In this document: positions 36,912-39,482 of the stretch, one piece after another
How positions within the stretch are numbered: position 1 is the stretch's first letter
Layout: each line of letters begins with the position of its first letter
NCBI GenBank assembly: GCA_026417195.1
Contig: JAOADS010000002.1
Location: forward strand, 1 to 39,482
DNA length: 39,482 nt
From: Ignavibacteria bacterium
Lineage (GTDB): Bacteria; Bacteroidota; Ignavibacteria; Tepidaquicellales; OLB5
Reading direction: 5' to 3'
The notes under the pieces: generated by a model
What the model was told of the DNA's origin: nothing
Database searches by the model: none
Seen by the model: only the letters and a program-made list of their open reading frames with translations
Translations under genes and position numbers: made by a program

Positions 36912-36926
36912 AGTTTAAGTTAAACT
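36912..36926. promoter_or_regulatory. Perfect 7-1-7 palindrome AGTTTAA-G-TTAAACT in the divergent intergenic region; candidate operator
   Basis: Read directly. It lies 8 nt upstream of the proposed TTG start of the TPR-LuxR gene, in AT-rich DNA where short palindromes can arise by chance. Confidence 0.2.
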
Positions 36927-36934
36927 AATTCAGC

Positions 36935-38554
36935 TTGAAACAAAACAGCAAAATACTCTGGTTTGAAAAATTTTTTCCTAAACTGCTGAAGAAACCCTAT
37001 AGGGATGCAATTGCTGAAGTGAGAGAACTTTACAGAAATTCCGGTGGAGACAGCGAAAACCGAGGTGTAGCTTTGTTTGCAGAGGGTTTGTTAAACCGTT
37101 ACTCTAATAAATATGATAGAGCTATGTCATTATATGACAAAGCGATGAAATACTTCAGAGATTCAGATTCTCCGGAGTGGATTGCAGCTCTTGAGCACGG
37201 TATAGGTCACTGTTATGATCTGCAGGGGAAATTAAATGAAGCTGAACAACATTATATTTCTGCATTTCGTTACTATAACAAAAACAAGATTCCCAAACGA
37301 GAAGCTATGTTATGCGTTAACCTGGGCAAGTTGTATTTTGAACGGGCTGATTACACCAATTCACTGAAGTATTACAACAGGGCATATAAATTATTTATCC
37401 AACTTAAAGACATACACGCCCAGGCAGTAACGCTTAACAATCTGGCATCAGTCTATAAAGCAAATGAAGAATATAACAAAGCTTTAAAATTCTGTAAAGA
37501 AAGTACGTCTATATTTATCAGACTTGGTGATTCAGAAAAAATTGCCGGCAATTATACTAATATCGGATCTATTTATTTCCAGATCGGAAATTTATCAATG
37601 AGCAAGAAGAATCTGCTTAAAGCACTGAAATATGCAGATAAGAAAAATCCCAATTACATTTATATAAATGCTTTAATAAATCTTGCATCAGTTTTAATAA
37701 AAGAAAAAAAATATGAGGAGGCTTTTAAACATTTGCTCAATGCTAATAACATGGCATGCCGCACCAACGATATTCTTCACAGGGTAAAGTCAGACATAGC
37801 ATTCGGAGATTATTACGTTGAAACAGGAAATATTCTCTCAGCAAAGAAACATTACCTTTCAGCTCTGGAAAAGATTAGCGCGCAGAATTACCTGAATACA
37901 GAGCTTGAACTGTTAAAGAAAATCAGTGAGATTTTTGACAAAGACAAAGACTATATGGAATCGCTAAAGTATTTTAAACGTTACCATGAGATTTATTTTA
38001 AAATTCATTCCAGAACGGTTTCTGAACAGATTGCAAACCTGAAGTCTACTTTTGAAAAAGAGAAAGCTGAGAAGGAAGCTGAAATACTTCGTCTGAGAAA
38101 TCTTGAACTTAAACGAGAACTTGAGTTCAAAACCAGGGAACTGAATCAGGCAGCAAATTATATAGTTTGTAAAAACGATTTAATTGATTCAGTTATCAGA
38201 GAAGTAAAGAACTACATAAATGAACACGGACCTTTATCAGATACTTCAGAATTTAATCAGTATTTAAACAGGGTTGAGCTGAAAAGTAAGCTCAACGATG
38301 ACCTGATATACTTTGAGAACAACCTTAACAGAATGAATATAGCTTTTCTTGATAAGCTGTCAAGGAAATATCCAGAGCTGAGCAGAATAGAACTTAAAAT
38401 CTGTTCCCTGATGAAAATCAATCTCGGTACTAAGGAAATAGCAAAACTGATGTCTGTATCTCCCCGCACCATAGAAACTCACTGTCACCACATAATTCAG
38501 AAACTTCGTCTTCCCAAGGGTAAACGTCTTTCTTCTTTCATACACTCACTTTGA
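36935..38554 (+). CDS. TPR-repeat / coiled-coil / LuxR(GerE)-type HTH transcriptional regulator
   Basis: Multiple 34-aa TPR-like units (...A..YY.+A..L......). Coiled coil EKEKAEKEAEILRLRNLELKRELEF. C-terminal LSRIELKICSLMKINLGTKEIAKLMSVSPRTIETHCHHIIQKL. The TTG start is uncertain. Confidence 0.8.
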   Translation: MKQNSKILWFEKFFPKLLKKPYRDAIAEVRELYRNSGGDSENRGVALFAEGLLNRYSNKYDRAMSLYDKAMKYFRDSDSPEWIAALEHGIGHCYDLQGKLNEAEQHYISAFRYYNKNKIPKREAMLCVNLGKLYFERADYTNSLKYYNRAYKLFIQLKDIHAQAVTLNNLASVYKANEEYNKALKFCKESTSIFIRLGDSEKIAGNYTNIGSIYFQIGNLSMSKKNLLKALKYADKKNPNYIYINALINLASVLIKEKKYEEAFKHLLNANNMACRTNDILHRVKSDIAFGDYYVETGNILSAKKHYLSALEKISAQNYLNTELELLKKISEIFDKDKDYMESLKYFKRYHEIYFKIHSRTVSEQIANLKSTFEKEKAEKEAEILRLRNLELKRELEFKTRELNQAANYIVCKNDLIDSVIREVKNYINEHGPLSDTSEFNQYLNRVELKSKLNDDLIYFENNLNRMNIAFLDKLSRKYPELSRIELKICSLMKINLGTKEIAKLMSVSPRTIETHCHHIIQKLRLPKGKRLSSFIHSL

Positions 38555-38567
38555 TACTTAAATCCGG

Positions 38568-38587
38568 AACTACGTAAAAACTACGTA
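38568..38587. promoter_or_regulatory. Direct repeat AACTACGTA-aa-AACTACGTA (each unit contains the TACGTA palindrome), 11-bp register; candidate operator
   Basis: Read directly at 38568-38576 and 38579-38587, between the two LuxR-type genes. Confidence 0.3.
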
Positions 38588-38640
38588 GAAAGCTTTAAAC
38601 GCTTGACCATAGCTGATATTCAAGACAAATTTGCACTGTT

Positions 38641-38922
38641 ATGAAAAACAGTGAATTTATCAGAAAAGATTTATCAATCATTGACAGCGTAATTTTCAAA
38701 CTTGAACCTGCTTTTGTAAATATGATTACTGAAGATTATCCTTCGCTTACAGAGGAGGAAATCAAGATATTGATCCTGATAAAAAATAATTTTTCAGAGG
38801 AAGAGATGGCAAGGTTTATCAGTTTGACAGAAGATGAAACAGTAAGTGCTGTAAGCAAGCTCAACAGGAAACTCAGAAAAAATTATAACATATCTATAAA
38901 AAAATTATTGAACATAAATTAA
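38641..38922 (+). CDS. Small (93 aa) stand-alone LuxR-like HTH protein, paralogous to the C-terminal module of 36935..38554
   Basis: PAFVNMITEDYPSLTEEEIKILILIKNNFSEEEMARFISLTEDETVSAVSKLNRKLR aligns without gaps to IAFLDKLSRKYPELSRIELKICSLMKINLGTKEIAKLMSVSPRTIETHCHHIIQKLR. Confidence 0.55.
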   Translation: MKNSEFIRKDLSIIDSVIFKLEPAFVNMITEDYPSLTEEEIKILILIKNNFSEEEMARFISLTEDETVSAVSKLNRKLRKNYNISIKKLLNIN

Positions 38923-38936
38923 AAGGAGAATTTAAA

Positions 38937-39482
38937 ATGAGAAAAATTTTAATATTCCTTATTTTCTGCTCTTTATCTCTTGAAGCATATTCTCAGCCAA
39001 CAACTTTTCAGTGGTCAAGAATTTTCGGGCATTCCCAAAACTATGATGAACTTAATGCTTTAAAATTAGATTCCGCCGGTAATATTTATGTTGCAGGTTA
39101 TATAAACTTTGGAGACAAAAGATTGTTTGTAAGGAAATATTCGCCTACAGGTTCTTTGATATGGGAATATGTTCACGGCATCAAATCAGACGCCCGTGAT
39201 ATGATTCTTGACGGACAGGGTAATGTATATGTTACCGGTATGGACACACACTTCGGGCCGGAGAATATGGTTGTCGTCAAACTTAACAACAACGGCGTCC
39301 CGTTATGGATATATAGAAGAAATGGAGGAGGAGGCTTTGGAAGTAAACTTTTATTGACAAGACAATACGAAAGCCGTCTGTTTGTAGGGGGAGCTACTTT
39401 GGGTAGTTATGGGAGGATCGATATGCTTGTAACGAGACTTTCGCCTAACACAGGTGATACAATCTGGAATTACAAATTTGGA
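38937..39482 (+). CDS. Secreted beta-propeller repeat (SBBP-like) protein, N-terminal fragment; 3' end lies outside the window
   Basis: AAAGGAG Shine-Dalgarno 9 nt upstream. Signal peptide MRKILIFLIFCSLSLEAYS. Recurring D..GN.YV.G units (DSAGNIYVAGY, DGQGNVYVTGM). The frame is open to the window end. It is missing from the ORF track because there is no stop codon. Confidence 0.6.
   Translation, partial: MRKILIFLIFCSLSLEAYSQPTTFQWSRIFGHSQNYDELNALKLDSAGNIYVAGYINFGDKRLFVRKYSPTGSLIWEYVHGIKSDARDMILDGQGNVYVTGMDTHFGPENMVVVKLNNNGVPLWIYRRNGGGGFGSKLLLTRQYESRLFVGGATLGSYGRIDMLVTRLSPNTGDTIWNYKFG

Noticed and set aside
1-39482. CRISPR arrays, tRNA/rRNA genes, transposases/integrases, prophage or known defence-system genes.
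   Set aside because: I saw no regularly spaced direct repeats. The only GC-rich structured island is rnpB. No ORF has recombinase, transposase, nuclease-helicase or other defence-type signatures.

Overview
AT-rich, tightly packed bacterial chromosomal window. Many neighbouring genes have 1-4 nt start/stop overlaps and there are few terminators. Shine-Dalgarno sites are present. At least two secreted proteins carry C-terminal T9SS (Por) sorting domains, which suggests an FCB-group organism, possibly Ignavibacteria-like; this placement is inference from motifs only. Most of the content is housekeeping: hutU, ispH, purC, hisA, alr, an AspA/FumC-family lyase, manC, methylmalonyl-CoA epimerase, Ppx/GppA, RNase P RNA, RNase HI, MscS, and envelope/LPS-type genes (GT9, O-antigen-ligase-like, GT-C-like membrane proteins). 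I found no CRISPR array, tRNA/rRNA, transposase, integrase or recognisable defence system. The parts worth a second look are: (1) a translationally coupled pair on the minus strand, a 421-aa unknown protein plus a signal-less trypsin-like protease fused to a zinc ribbon and a YbjN/CesT-like domain, sitting divergent from a TPR-LuxR regulator; (2) a CHAD domain encoded as two ATGA-overlapping ORFs in the same gene string as Ppx/GppA; (3) two diverged GT-C-like membrane-protein paralogs flanking hisA, the upstream one interrupted by an in-frame TGA followed directly by GTG; (4) a colinear Nif3-remnant / COG1579 zinc-ribbon / RNase HI / rnpB block; (5) a LuxR-type regulator followed by a stand-alone copy of its own C-terminal module. 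All functional calls come from reading motifs in the translations. No database search was run. None of these is demonstrably a new system; the protease pair is my best candidate.
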